From NCBI GenBank assembly GCA_036273675.1, contig DASUHD010000179.1, forward strand, positions 1 to 36,338: 36,338 nt of DNA, given 5' to 3'. Below, one piece after another: positions 1 to 8,455 of the stretch. How positions within the stretch are numbered: position 1 is the stretch's first letter; each line of letters starts with the position of its first letter. The stretch comes from Ktedonobacterales bacterium (GTDB lineage: Bacteria > Chloroflexota > Ktedonobacteria > Ktedonobacterales > JADMIN01). The notes beneath the pieces were generated by a model. That model did no database searches. It saw only the letters and a list, made by a program, of their open reading frames with translations, and was not told where the DNA came from. The position numbers were made by a program, and so were the translations under genes.

Positions 1-491
1 GCGAGCCTCGACCCCATGGCGATCAACGTCTCGGCCCGCACGATGCCCTGTGCCAGCACCATGCCGCCGGTAGACTGCAACGCTTCTTTCAGCGGGATGG
101 CCCAGCGATGCTCGATCAGCACCAGCACGCCGGTTGTTCCCGCTGGGATATCCTTCGCGATATTCTTGATATCGTCGGCAGACAGGCCGAAGTCATTTTC
201 GGAGAAGGCGACAGCGCCCATTTCCGCGCCCGGCTCCACGCCTGCATCACCGGCCGCGCCATAGCCCAGCAGCCCCCCGATGACGGCGCCCATTTCCGCG
301 CGCTGATCGGTCGTCAGGTCGCTCGCGCCGAGCGAGACGACGGTGCCATCCTGTTCTTTCTGTATGGCGAGCGCATCGAGGATACGGATGGTACCCGACT
401 GACTTGCCTTCTCCAACTCTTGAGCAATTCGCCCTTTCAGATTTTCATTCGGCAATCCCAGTACGAAGAGCTGAACTGGACCCAGATTCAT
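1..491 (-). CDS. DUF6325-like conserved cytosolic protein (paralog of the 12621-13052 CDS); partial, C-terminal end lies beyond the window start
   Basis: Minus-strand frame is open from the ATG (complement of 489-491) to position 1 with no stop. RBS GGAAGGAGAGAAAG lies upstream. Manual translation MNLGPVQLFVLGLPNE...GTIRILDALAI...GTTGVLVLIEHRWAIPLKEALQSTGGMVLAQGIV aligns along its whole length with the 12621-13052 product (MGLGPVEYVMIEFPST...GTVRIIDLIFI...AAVLVWEDAWAKRFAEAMRAAGGRMV). The family name (DUF6325) is recalled from memory and not verified. Confidence 0.6.
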   Translation of the reverse strand, partial: MNLGPVQLFVLGLPNENLKGRIAQELEKASQSGTIRILDALAIQKEQDGTVVSLGASDLTTDQRAEMGAVIGGLLGYGAAGDAGVEPGAEMGAVAFSENDFGLSADDIKNIAKDIPAGTTGVLVLIEHRWAIPLKEALQSTGGMVLAQGIVRAETLIAMGSRL

Positions 492-674
492 CTTTCTCTC
501 CTTCCGCACGCGACTCGTCCGCGCCGACAATTGGCGCATGTCCGGGTCGCCATGGACGTACGCCTCCAGTGTAGTTCTTAGCGTTACTTGCGACTTCATG
601 CGGCGGGCGCGTTTCGCGGGTCAGCTTCTGCCACTGTGTTGGGTCAGCGCCAACCTCGCCCGGAGGCGAGTAAC

Positions 675-1403
675 CTAATTGGAGCGGTTTGAGGATGGCA
701 GACGAGGGATCAACCAGTTGATGAAATCGGTCTCGCTCCGTGATTGCATGATCACGCGACCGGGCCCCGTCAACTCGCCGACCAGCCCCTCGCCGCTAAA
801 TAGCGTCCCCTTCAGCTTGCCCATCCCGCGTACTTTGTAGTCGATTGAAGCATCCATCGCTACGATGTGGCCGGTATCTATCGTATAGCGCTGCCCATCC
901 TTCAGTAGCCGCTCTTCCAGTCCGCCATACCCGGCATAGAGCAGCTTGCCCTGACCGGTCACACGCAAGAGCAGCAGGCCGGTACCGCCAAAGAAGCCAC
1001 GGGCGCCGCCCCAGGACGTATCGAAGCTTACTGCCTGTTCGGCGGCGAGGTACGCGCCACTCTGGAGCAAGAGCGTTTGCTCTGGCGTGACATCCAAGAC
1101 AGCGATATCACCCACTAGCGCTGGGGCAAGCGTAATCTCTCCACCTTCCGCCGGTGCGCGAAAGGCGTTCTGGAAGAATGATTCGCCGCCGAGTATACGC
1201 CTGAGACCGCTCATGAATCCGCCAGTCACTTCGGTATCCGACGTAATCCCCTCGCTGAAACTGACCATCGCTCCGGGTTCAACCTTGATCTCCTCGTTCG
1301 GCGCCAGGCGCACAATGGCAAGCGCGAACGCGGGCTGGTGTTTGATCTCGATCTCCACTGCACATACCTTCCCTGTGTTGTTTGTGGAACGTTGAGCCAT
1401 CAC
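675..1403 (-). CDS. AIM24 family protein (TIGR00266/DUF124)
   Basis: 242-aa ORF with a glycine-rich repetitive beta-rich profile (GGFMSGLRRILGGESFF, GGARGFFGGTGLLLLRVTGQGKLLYAGYGG) typical of AIM24/DUF124. RBS GAGGAGTG lies 6 nt before the ATG. Confidence 0.8.
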   Translation of the reverse strand: MMAQRSTNNTGKVCAVEIEIKHQPAFALAIVRLAPNEEIKVEPGAMVSFSEGITSDTEVTGGFMSGLRRILGGESFFQNAFRAPAEGGEITLAPALVGDIAVLDVTPEQTLLLQSGAYLAAEQAVSFDTSWGGARGFFGGTGLLLLRVTGQGKLLYAGYGGLEERLLKDGQRYTIDTGHIVAMDASIDYKVRGMGKLKGTLFSGEGLVGELTGPGRVIMQSRSETDFINWLIPRLPSSNRSN

Positions 1404-1497
1404 TCCTCAGATACGCCAATGTATCTCTCATCGAGAGCCACGTGACAAGCGCGCTACCATAGGGAACGGCTCTCCTCTGCGATGGAATATCGGGCCG

Positions 1498-1788
1498 TCA
1501 GGCGGGATAGCCCTGAATCTCGCGGCGATTGCGCCACGCGCCGCCCGCGTAGGTCGAGATATCGAGGAGCAAACCTATCGCGATCCAGAACCAGCCCCAG
1601 CCGACAGCTGGCCAGACCAGGACATACATGATCGTCGTGAAGGGCAGGAAGGCGAGGCCAAGCAGCGGCCCGACGAATGTGTTGAAGGCGCGATCAACCA
1701 GCGGCGTGAAGAGCCACATGAACAGGAGCGCCACCCGTGGGAAGCTCGCGGCAAGGAGAGCAAACAGACATCCACATCCTAATAGCAT
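1498..1788 (-). CDS. small hypothetical membrane protein (about 3 TM)
   Basis: 96-aa ORF, strongly hydrophobic. RBS AGGAAGGGG lies 7 nt upstream of the ATG at 1788. No recognisable family. Confidence 0.5.
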   Translation of the reverse strand: MLLGCGCLFALLAASFPRVALLFMWLFTPLVDRAFNTFVGPLLGLAFLPFTTIMYVLVWPAVGWGWFWIAIGLLLDISTYAGGAWRNRREIQGYPA

Positions 1789-1880
1789 TGGGAACCCCTT
1801 CCTGCGCGCCGCCCAGGTTGGTCACTGCTCGCACTGCTCTCGAAGATCTCTAGCATCTATCCAGTGTCACGATGGTTGGC

Positions 1881-2211
1881 TCACAAGGCCGACGGTGAAG
1901 GACTGGGCGCGGCTGTTGGCGCTGGCCCCATTGGCGCCTGTGGGGGCGCGGCCTGTGGCGTGGCTGACTGCGACAATCCTGGCATCCCCTGCGTTCCCTG
2001 TACCGCCGCTTGCGCCATGGGGTTGGCGGGCTTGGTGACGAGGTAGGCCAACGCGCCGAGCCAGGGGAAGAAGATAATCAGCGCGACCCACAGCCCCTTC
2101 TGCCAGCCGACGAGGTCTGGCCGTTTGACGGCATCCGCCAGAACCAGAAACCAGATGATGGTGAGAGGTATGAAGATGAAAAATAGCCAGAACCAATCCC
2201 AGGCTGTCATG
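1881..2211 (-). CDS. PLDc_N-domain (cardiolipin synthase N-terminal-like) small membrane protein
   Basis: An internal Met (MTAWDWFW...) at 2211 is preceded by RBS GGAGGAGG. It has two TM helices and the PLDc_N hallmark FFPWLGALAYLV. The Pro/Ala-rich tail is typical of these mini-proteins. The longer ORF to 2288 has an Arg-rich, implausible N-terminus. Confidence 0.7.
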
Positions 2212-2335
2212 GCGGACCTCCTCCGTTGCCCATGTGTTGCTCGTGTTGCTCGTGCTGCTCGTGTTGCTCGCTGATCGCGCCCGCGCATCCATCCACGGCG
2301 ACGCTATAACCAGGGAACCGCCGGGGCGAGGCGCC

Positions 2336-2812
2336 CTAACCGTTCGTCGCGCGTGGGGCGACGAGTGGACCTGGCCCGGTCGCTGCCGGAGGGAACGCAT
2401 TCGCCAGCGCCAGATATTCGCGCTCGTTCCCCTCGATCATAAGTTTGTGCATTGCGATCACGTCATGCCGTGGCAGGGCGCTGATGGGCTGCACGCAGAG
2501 CCGGAGTACCGGGGCGCCGCCTTCAAAGACGCTCACCATGCCCTCCTCCAAGGGAATGCGGTAGATACGTTGGGCATAGCTTGGGCTGGCGACATCCAGA
2601 TACCGCGACTCCTTGAGCTGGCGCAGCTCATTCTCATCGAGCAGCTCGCAGAGCAACTCTTTCGCGCGGTTGTTGGCGGCGCGCGTATCCGTTTCGGTGT
2701 CCAACGAGCGCGAGAACGTCCTGATGGCCAACCAGACGTTCAGCCCGAGCAGCAGAATGCAAACGGCAAGCAGCAGGAACAAGATGAAGTTACTGGTTGG
2801 ATCCAGAGTCAT
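2336..2812 (-). CDS. hypothetical protein with N-terminal TM anchor
   Basis: Start chosen at MTLDPTSNFILFLLLAVCILLLG (one TM) followed by a soluble domain. The longer upstream extension is Arg-rich and looks non-coding. No family recognised. Confidence 0.45.
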   Translation of the reverse strand: MTLDPTSNFILFLLLAVCILLLGLNVWLAIRTFSRSLDTETDTRAANNRAKELLCELLDENELRQLKESRYLDVASPSYAQRIYRIPLEEGMVSVFEGGAPVLRLCVQPISALPRHDVIAMHKLMIEGNEREYLALANAFPPAATGPGPLVAPRATNG

Positions 2813-3152
2813 ACGAAAACCGCCATCCCGTGAGCGATACAGCAATACGACGAACATTGAGCGGCGGCACATCACCAGCTGGACGGCGATGTGAGCCAGA
2901 ATTGGGTTGTGGTGGGATTTGGGATTAGGGAGTCTGTGACAAGCATAGAGTCTGCGGCTCTCCATGCCATCCACATGCAGACGGGCTTTAGTGGCTAGTC
3001 CTTGCCTTGCCCGTGGGTCAGGGTGTGGCCTCACCCACAGGCCAGTTTCGCAATTGTCGCGCCAGCGCCTCCGCCTGCTTGCGCGGAGAGACAACCGCCG
3101 TATCCTGTCGTGTCTCGTATCCGATTATCCGATGCCACACTCTTAGCTCTGG

Positions 3153-4184
3153 TCACCCCATGCGATCTGCGTGATATACCGTCGCATTAGCGTCTGGCCG
3201 CCCTGGCTGTGGGCGCACGATGCAGCGGAAGCCGATATGGCAGGTTGAGGTGTCTACCATCTCCGGCGAGCGCGCGGCGGGACGATAGCGCAGGCAGTAG
3301 TTGGGCGCGCAGAGGTATGAGCCGCCTTTGAGCGCCTTGCGAGGGATACGCACATCTGGCTGCGAGGGGTCGTAGCTCTGCTCCATCGAGCCGCCGCGTG
3401 GGTTGTGCGGTGTGCAACACGCTTTGACTGGGTCGCCAGCGTGGCGCGGCTGGTACCAGTCGCTGGTCCACTCCCAGACGTTGCCCGCCATGTCGTAGAG
3501 TCCGTAGCCATTCGGCGCGAACGAGCCGACCGGCATCGCCTTAGGATGGCGTCCCATGCGTATGTTCTGCCAGGGGAACTCGCCCCGCCAGGTGTTAGCC
3601 ATCAGCTTGCCGCCGGGCATGAACTCGTCTCCCCAAGGATAGACTTTGCCCTCCAGCCCACCGCGCGCGGCAAACTCCCATTCCGCCTCAGTTGGCAGTT
3701 CCTTGCCAGCCCAGGCGGCATAGGCCGCGGCGTCTTCATAGGCGGCATGGACCACTGGATGTTTCTCGCGCCCTTTGATTGCGCTGCCCGGCCCGTAGGG
3801 ATGTCGCCAGTCGGCGCCCGGCACGTAGGCCCACCACTGCGACGGATCGTTCAAGTTCACGGGTCCGTCGGGCTGGTGGAAGACCAGCGATCCCGGCACC
3901 AGCAACTCAGGCGCCGCCCCCGGATAGTCCGCAGGGTTCAACGGGCGCTCGGCCACGGTGAAATATTTCGTCTCGTGGACGAAGCGTGCGAACCGCTCGT
4001 TCGTCACAGCGTAAGCGTCCATCCAGAAGCCGTCAACGGTGGCGTGATGGACGGGCGCCTCGTCGGGGTAGAAGTCGCTCGATCCCATCTGAAATGTCCC
4101 GCCGGGTACCCAGACCATTCCTGCGTCTGGCGCGGCAGGTGGGGTTGTGCTTGTAACGTCCGTCATCTCCTGCTGTGGTGTCAT
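3153..4184 (-). CDS. formylglycine-generating enzyme (FGE/SUMF1 family sulfatase maturase)
   Basis: 343 aa. C-terminal signature RGGSYLCAPNYCLRYRPAARS carries the catalytic Cys pair (CxxxYC) conserved in human SUMF1 and M. tuberculosis FGE. WDGFWMD/AYAAWAGK/GNVWEWT motifs of the FGE-sulfatase fold are present. RBS GGAAGGAACG precedes the start. No signal peptide. Confidence 0.9.
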   Translation of the reverse strand: MTPQQEMTDVTSTTPPAAPDAGMVWVPGGTFQMGSSDFYPDEAPVHHATVDGFWMDAYAVTNERFARFVHETKYFTVAERPLNPADYPGAAPELLVPGSLVFHQPDGPVNLNDPSQWWAYVPGADWRHPYGPGSAIKGREKHPVVHAAYEDAAAYAAWAGKELPTEAEWEFAARGGLEGKVYPWGDEFMPGGKLMANTWRGEFPWQNIRMGRHPKAMPVGSFAPNGYGLYDMAGNVWEWTSDWYQPRHAGDPVKACCTPHNPRGGSMEQSYDPSQPDVRIPRKALKGGSYLCAPNYCLRYRPAARSPEMVDTSTCHIGFRCIVRPQPGRPDANATVYHADRMG

Positions 4185-4282
4185 GGCGCGTTCCTTCCGA
4201 CAATGCTGATGAGATGCTGGCTATTGGCTATGGACCGCGAATGCGCTTCCAGTCGGGCGCTCTGGTAGCACGGCGTTCGCGA

Positions 4283-4879
4283 TCAGGACGGCGAGTAGAA
4301 GCGATCAAGATGGAGTGAGCCTAGCGCCAGGCCACCCCGTATGCGCAGATAGCCCAGCGCGGCGGCAAAGAGTCCGATAACCGGAACAGCCACGCCAGCG
4401 CTAGTCATTGGCAAGATAAGCAGCAAGATAGCAAAGGCGATGGTAACCACCCCGGCGAACAGGTATGCGCGCTCCGGTGGTAGCGCAGAGTGATGGGTGG
4501 CGCCTTGGCTCGCTGGCAGCTCCCGGCCAAACCGGATGCCTAGATAGGCCTCAGCAATGCCCATCACGCCAGCCCAGGCAACCATCGGGATCTCGGCGAC
4601 GTGGATTGTGTGGGGCGCTAGGCGGATGTCGGAGAGGCAGACCGCCGCGACGATCACGCCGACAAGGCCTTCCACCAGCAAGACCAGGCCACATAGCCCC
4701 AGCCCCACCGCGATCCCGCCGATCAGCGCGACGACTCCATCGACGAGGATGTACGCGCCGAAAGCCGCCGTCACTGTCGTCATCGAGATATGTGATTGCG
4801 GGAGCACGATCAGGGCGATGGTTATGGCGGCCATCCCGCGAAGCATCGCAATCCACCACGCGTGCGTTAAGGCGATCAT
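4283..4879 (-). CDS. HdeD-family (DUF308) acid-resistance-type membrane protein
   Basis: 198 aa, six hydrophobic helices with the repeated DUF308 pattern (GVVALIGGIAV.., GVMGIAEAYLGIRF..). RBS GGAGAGGGATGAG precedes the start. Confidence 0.7.
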   Translation of the reverse strand: MIALTHAWWIAMLRGMAAITIALIVLPQSHISMTTVTAAFGAYILVDGVVALIGGIAVGLGLCGLVLLVEGLVGVIVAAVCLSDIRLAPHTIHVAEIPMVAWAGVMGIAEAYLGIRFGRELPASQGATHHSALPPERAYLFAGVVTIAFAILLLILPMTSAGVAVPVIGLFAAALGYLRIRGGLALGSLHLDRFYSPS

Positions 4880-5250
4880 GGCTCATCCCTCTCCATGGGC
4901 TTTGATGAGCGCCGATCAAAAAAATGAGAGCGGTTATCCATACTTGGCGGCCGCGCGAGCGGCCACCTGGCTGGCATGCGGCAAGTGTAGTCCGTGCATC
5001 ATGCGTGTGGATGTACGTGTAAGGAGAAAGTGTAGGGGAGTGAAGCGCGCGTGCCATGGGCCAAAGGATGCAACTCTTGGCGCGACAACAATACCCCTGA
5101 TGGCGCGCGATATTGTGTTATGGCTGAAGGTTTCGTGACTGGACGACAATCTGATGAAAAGCAACTGAAAAGCAATACTGCAAGACGGATGCATCCTTTA
5201 GCGGATTTCGTGAAGCCCTGGCATGATGCATGCTGAAGGGGGGAGCCGGG

Positions 5251-6546
5251 ATGAGGGAGTTCTATAACGTGAGGAGCGAGCTTCGTGATGTGATGTCAGG
5301 AAGGGCAAACGCCATGGTCACCAATGCTATGGTCAACGACGATGCTGTAACGATTATGCAGCAAGACCCCATTCAACTCGTTCAAGCAAAAGTGCCGCTC
5401 GACTCAGCCGCGGATACGTTCGCGACCCGAGATGCGTGGGGCCGCATACCGATTGCCATCGTACCAACCAGACTGAGCCACATTCGCAATGACCACATGA
5501 TTGCGGCGATTGCCATAGCGATCCTGGCGGTGCTGGCGCAGACGGCGCTCTCGACCTGGTGGATTGTGCCGGTGATCATTCCGTTAGCCCTCGCCCTCGT
5601 CGTCTACGCGCTCTGGAGCTCCTTCTTCGTCTCTATCCCCGAAGGCGCGGCCGGACTGCTGAGCTGGGGCGGCAAGTACCTGCGCACCATCAATAGCGGC
5701 ATGCACATGGTTCCGCCGTGGGTAGTCGTCTCGCATCTGGTGACCCTGCGCGAGATCCCCTTCGATATCCCAATCGTCGAGGCCCAGACCAAAGACAACG
5801 TGCGTGTGACCGTCACATCGCTCTGCACCTTTGCGATCAACGATCCCTATCATTTCGTCTACGCGATCCCCGCCGACGACTTTAGCCAGGTGTTGCACGC
5901 CTCCTGCCAGGAGGAGCTGCGCGGGTTGATTCGCCAGGTACGCGCTGAAGAGGTCGTGGATCTCGTGCGGGCGGAGCGGGAAAACCTTGCCGACGCCATC
6001 AGCGCGGATGTGGCGCAGTATGGCATCGAGATCGTGAAGATGAAGGTGACCTACGTCCAACTCCCGGAAGAGTTCTTACGGCTGCAGGAGCAGCGGCAAC
6101 TTGCGCTGTGGCAGCGTGAGGAGCAGGCCGATTCGCATGCGCTCGCGCAGAAACAGCAGGAGCATATCCACCTGCTCGCGCGCCAGGAGTTGACCGCACG
6201 TCTCGACCGCGACCGCGATGCGCTCCAGTTGCAAGTCCAGCAGGCAGAGGCCCTCAAACAGGTCTCGAAGCTCGAGGCGGAAGCTGAGGAGCTGCGGATG
6301 GCAAAGCTCGATGAACGCCTGCGCACCTTCCCGCGTGCCGCGAAGTACGACCAGGAAGTAGCGCGCCGGACATCTCACGCTCCGTCAACGCCCGCGAGCA
6401 GCAGCTTTCCGCGGATTCAGAACACCACCGTCGACTCCGACACCGATCCTGCTGGCTCTAGCGATATCGCCCATCCGTTCGGGGCGCCGAATGCGTTCCA
6501 GCATCCCGCGCTGCGCTCCCTGGGGGCCAGGAATATTTCCGGGTAG
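5251..6546 (+). CDS. SPFH/band-7 (stomatin-prohibitin-flotillin-HflK/C) domain protein with long coiled-coil C-terminus
   Basis: N-terminal TM then a band-7 core (IPEGAAGLLSWGGKYLRTINSGMHMVPPW...VEAQTKDNVRVTVTSLCTFAINDPYHFVY). The C-terminal Q/E/R-rich heptads are coiled-coil-like. Start taken at 5251 (RBS AAGGGGGGAG 7 nt upstream); 5230 is an alternative. Confidence 0.8.
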   Translation: MREFYNVRSELRDVMSGRANAMVTNAMVNDDAVTIMQQDPIQLVQAKVPLDSAADTFATRDAWGRIPIAIVPTRLSHIRNDHMIAAIAIAILAVLAQTALSTWWIVPVIIPLALALVVYALWSSFFVSIPEGAAGLLSWGGKYLRTINSGMHMVPPWVVVSHLVTLREIPFDIPIVEAQTKDNVRVTVTSLCTFAINDPYHFVYAIPADDFSQVLHASCQEELRGLIRQVRAEEVVDLVRAERENLADAISADVAQYGIEIVKMKVTYVQLPEEFLRLQEQRQLALWQREEQADSHALAQKQQEHIHLLARQELTARLDRDRDALQLQVQQAEALKQVSKLEAEAEELRMAKLDERLRTFPRAAKYDQEVARRTSHAPSTPASSSFPRIQNTTVDSDTDPAGSSDIAHPFGAPNAFQHPALRSLGARNISG

Positions 6547-6609
6547 CTGGGTAGCAGACAGAGGCATGGACGGGCTTTAGCTGGTGGGTCAGCAGAAAGG
6601 AAGCTGGAA

Positions 6610-7020
6610 ATGGAGAGACAGCGCCGCTACCTGGCATGGTTATTCGCGGTTGCCGCCGCCATCGCGCTGATGTTCGCCGGGATACGCGGCGCGCAGGGTG
6701 GGCTGGACGCGCTCAGGCAGCTCACACTCTTCAAGTTGGCGCCATTCGCGACGGATATGCGCGACTCGCTTGCGCTGGCGGGGATTGCGATTCTGGTGGG
6801 AACATGCGCCATCCTCATCGCCCCGTGGCGCGTGTCCATTGTCTATCGCATTGTCTCCAACAAGCACGAGAAGGGGATTAAGGTCCGCGACGTGCAGCCG
6901 GGTCTCTCCAACATACATCTCACGCGGATTGATATTCGCGCGCATACGCATGCACGGGCGCACCAACCAGCCTTGCATGACCTACATGGGTACGACGCGC
7001 GTGGTAAGCGCACGGCATAA
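6610..7020 (+). CDS. hypothetical membrane protein, possibly 3'-truncated at a rearrangement junction
   Basis: 136 aa, two TM helices, RBS AAAGGAAG. The His/Arg-rich C-terminal 30 aa look non-native. The stop codon abuts the duplicated fragment that begins at 7021. Confidence 0.5.
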   Translation: MERQRRYLAWLFAVAAAIALMFAGIRGAQGGLDALRQLTLFKLAPFATDMRDSLALAGIAILVGTCAILIAPWRVSIVYRIVSNKHEKGIKVRDVQPGLSNIHLTRIDIRAHTHARAHQPALHDLHGYDARGKRTA

Positions 7021-7187
7021 CGTCAACGCGCCATTCGCGCTCCCAAGTGTGGAGATGTGGCCCCGCAGCACCGCGACCAGCCCGGCGTGGGCGCGGCGCA
7101 CCTGGGCCTGCCAGAGCGCCTGCCCCTGGTCACTGGTGAGAAAATCCTATGTGCGAGTCTGGACGAAGTCGTGGACGATGCGCTCCA
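7021..7187 (-). pseudogene. gene fragment: about 166-bp copy of an internal segment of the 8456-9535 membrane-protein gene (matches 9032-9197, about 85% identity)
   Basis: Direct nucleotide alignment CGTCAACGCGCC(A/G)TTCGCGCTCCCAAGTGTGGAG...GACCAGCCCGGCGTGG(G/A)CGCGGCGCACCTG...CCAGAGCGCCTGCCCCTGGTC...TCTGGACGAAGTC(G/A)TGGACGA. The minus-strand translation LERIVHDFVQTRT*DFLTSDQGQALWQAQVRRAHAGLVAVLRGHISTLGSANGALT carries an in-frame TAG. Homology stops abruptly at both ends. Confidence 0.8.
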
Positions 7188-7433
7188 GCAAGCAGCTTCA
7201 AGGCACGTCCTCTAGCGAGTTCGCCCGCTTCAGGCAGCGCCGATGCTCGTCGAGCAGCCAGACCAGCCGTTGGGCTTGTTCTAGGGCCACATGATTCTCC
7301 CTCATCATTCGTGTCAGTCTCAGTCCCCGTTTGCTCAGCTACCGTGCTGTGTGCTACATTACGCCAGGCAACGGCTCACTGCATGCCGCTCGTGTGGCAT
7401 GGCATAGACACAGACCCCACAAGGAGAGAGCCT

Positions 7434-7895
7434 ATGAGGTCGCTTCGGCGCTATTTTTGGCGCTTGCCACTGCACTTGCGCGTGTTGGGCATCGTCGGAT
7501 TCTTGTTGCCTGTCGCATCGCTTATCTGGATGGTACCCGTGACCGTTACGAATTGGTCGGCTCCAGCGCAGTTGCCATCAGAGGTATATCGCGTGGTGGC
7601 TCTTGGGATGAACCTCAGCCTGCTTGGCCTCGCCAGCGTTCTTGTGGTCAGAGTCTACTGCCTGCGCTTTCGCGAACCTGGCGACCGGAAGACATTCCCG
7701 CTTAGTTCGTGGCAAAGCCAAGTGCGCCTCATGACACTCCTTGGAGCGTTGCCGCTCTGCGGGTTGGTGGTGGCGCTCATCCTCCCGCCAGTCTTTGCCG
7801 TCTACTTCCTTGAACTGCTCATTGCTGTGGTCGCTCTGGCCGTGACGACCGTGAGCTACCGGCGGGCAACGCGCGAAGCCGCAGCCTTGAATTGA
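7434..7895 (+). CDS. hypothetical multi-pass membrane protein
   Basis: An internal Met (MRSLRRYFWRLPLHLRVLGIVGFLL...) is preceded by a perfect RBS AAGGAGAGAG 4-13 nt upstream. Four hydrophobic helices. The long N-terminal extension of the ORF (from 7149) is Ser/Arg-rich and non-coding-like. Confidence 0.55.
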   Translation: MRSLRRYFWRLPLHLRVLGIVGFLLPVASLIWMVPVTVTNWSAPAQLPSEVYRVVALGMNLSLLGLASVLVVRVYCLRFREPGDRKTFPLSSWQSQVRLMTLLGALPLCGLVVALILPPVFAVYFLELLIAVVALAVTTVSYRRATREAAALN

Positions 7896-8227
7896 TGCGC
7901 ACGCCACAGCCACGGTGATGGCGCAACACCGCTCGCCCTCGACTCCTGCCAGCGCAGGATGGCTGGTAGCTACCCAGCGAGTATCGTATCAAGGTCGTCA
8001 TCTTCGTTTATGGTCACAATGTGGCGCCTCACTTACCACTGGTAAGTCGCTTGCAAATCTCCGCTGATTCTCGGCGAGTTTCCGCTATGCCCCTGCGTGT
8101 GGTGGGGCGCTGTGAGTCACCCGTGTCGCCCGCCGAGACATTTGAGAGGTCGCTGTGATACGGCGGCGCTTTGCTCTTGATAGCAGGGCAGGGCAATTCA
8201 TCCTGCCCTTATCAGGAGATAGACACG

Positions 8228-8437
8228 ATGGAGAAAGAACTAGAGAAGTCAACTGTGCCTGCTTCGGTCACTACTCCCGTCCGGGTAGCCGAAGATGCAG
8301 ACGCCACCCGCGACGCGCTACGCCTGCTGCTCGAACTCGAAGGTGAAGAGTATCGCCTCGGCGAGGCCACGAACGCCTACGACGCCCTGATACATCTGCG
8401 GACGGCGAAGCACAGCCATATCGTTGTGCCCGACTGA
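8228..8437 (+). pseudogene. response-regulator receiver (REC) domain remnant, cut off exactly at the phospho-acceptor Asp
   Basis: RBS CAGGAGAT then MEKELEKS...PVRVAEDADATRDALRLLLELEGEEYRLGEATNAYDALIHLRTAKHSHIVVPD*. This matches the first two-thirds of a REC fold (acidic pair ED, GY-x-V, NG-x-EAL, PD-hhh-D). A TGA follows immediately and only 18 bp separate it from the convergent 8456-9535 gene. Downstream in-frame sequence is antisense to that gene. Confidence 0.55.
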
Positions 8438-8455
8438 ACGATGCCCGAACAATGG

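Noticed and set aside
108-581. 157-aa plus-strand ORF at window start
   Set aside because: Antisense to the DUF6325-like CDS, whose translation aligns with a paralog elsewhere in the window. No RBS.
3405-4268. 287-aa plus-strand ORF
   Set aside because: Lies entirely antisense to the FGE gene, which has unambiguous family signatures. Arg-rich, low-complexity product typical of antisense frames in high-GC DNA.
5230-5250. Alternative upstream start for the SPFH gene
   Set aside because: The ATG at 5230 has no RBS, whereas 5251 has AAGGGGGGAG at ideal spacing. Either would leave the domain call unchanged.
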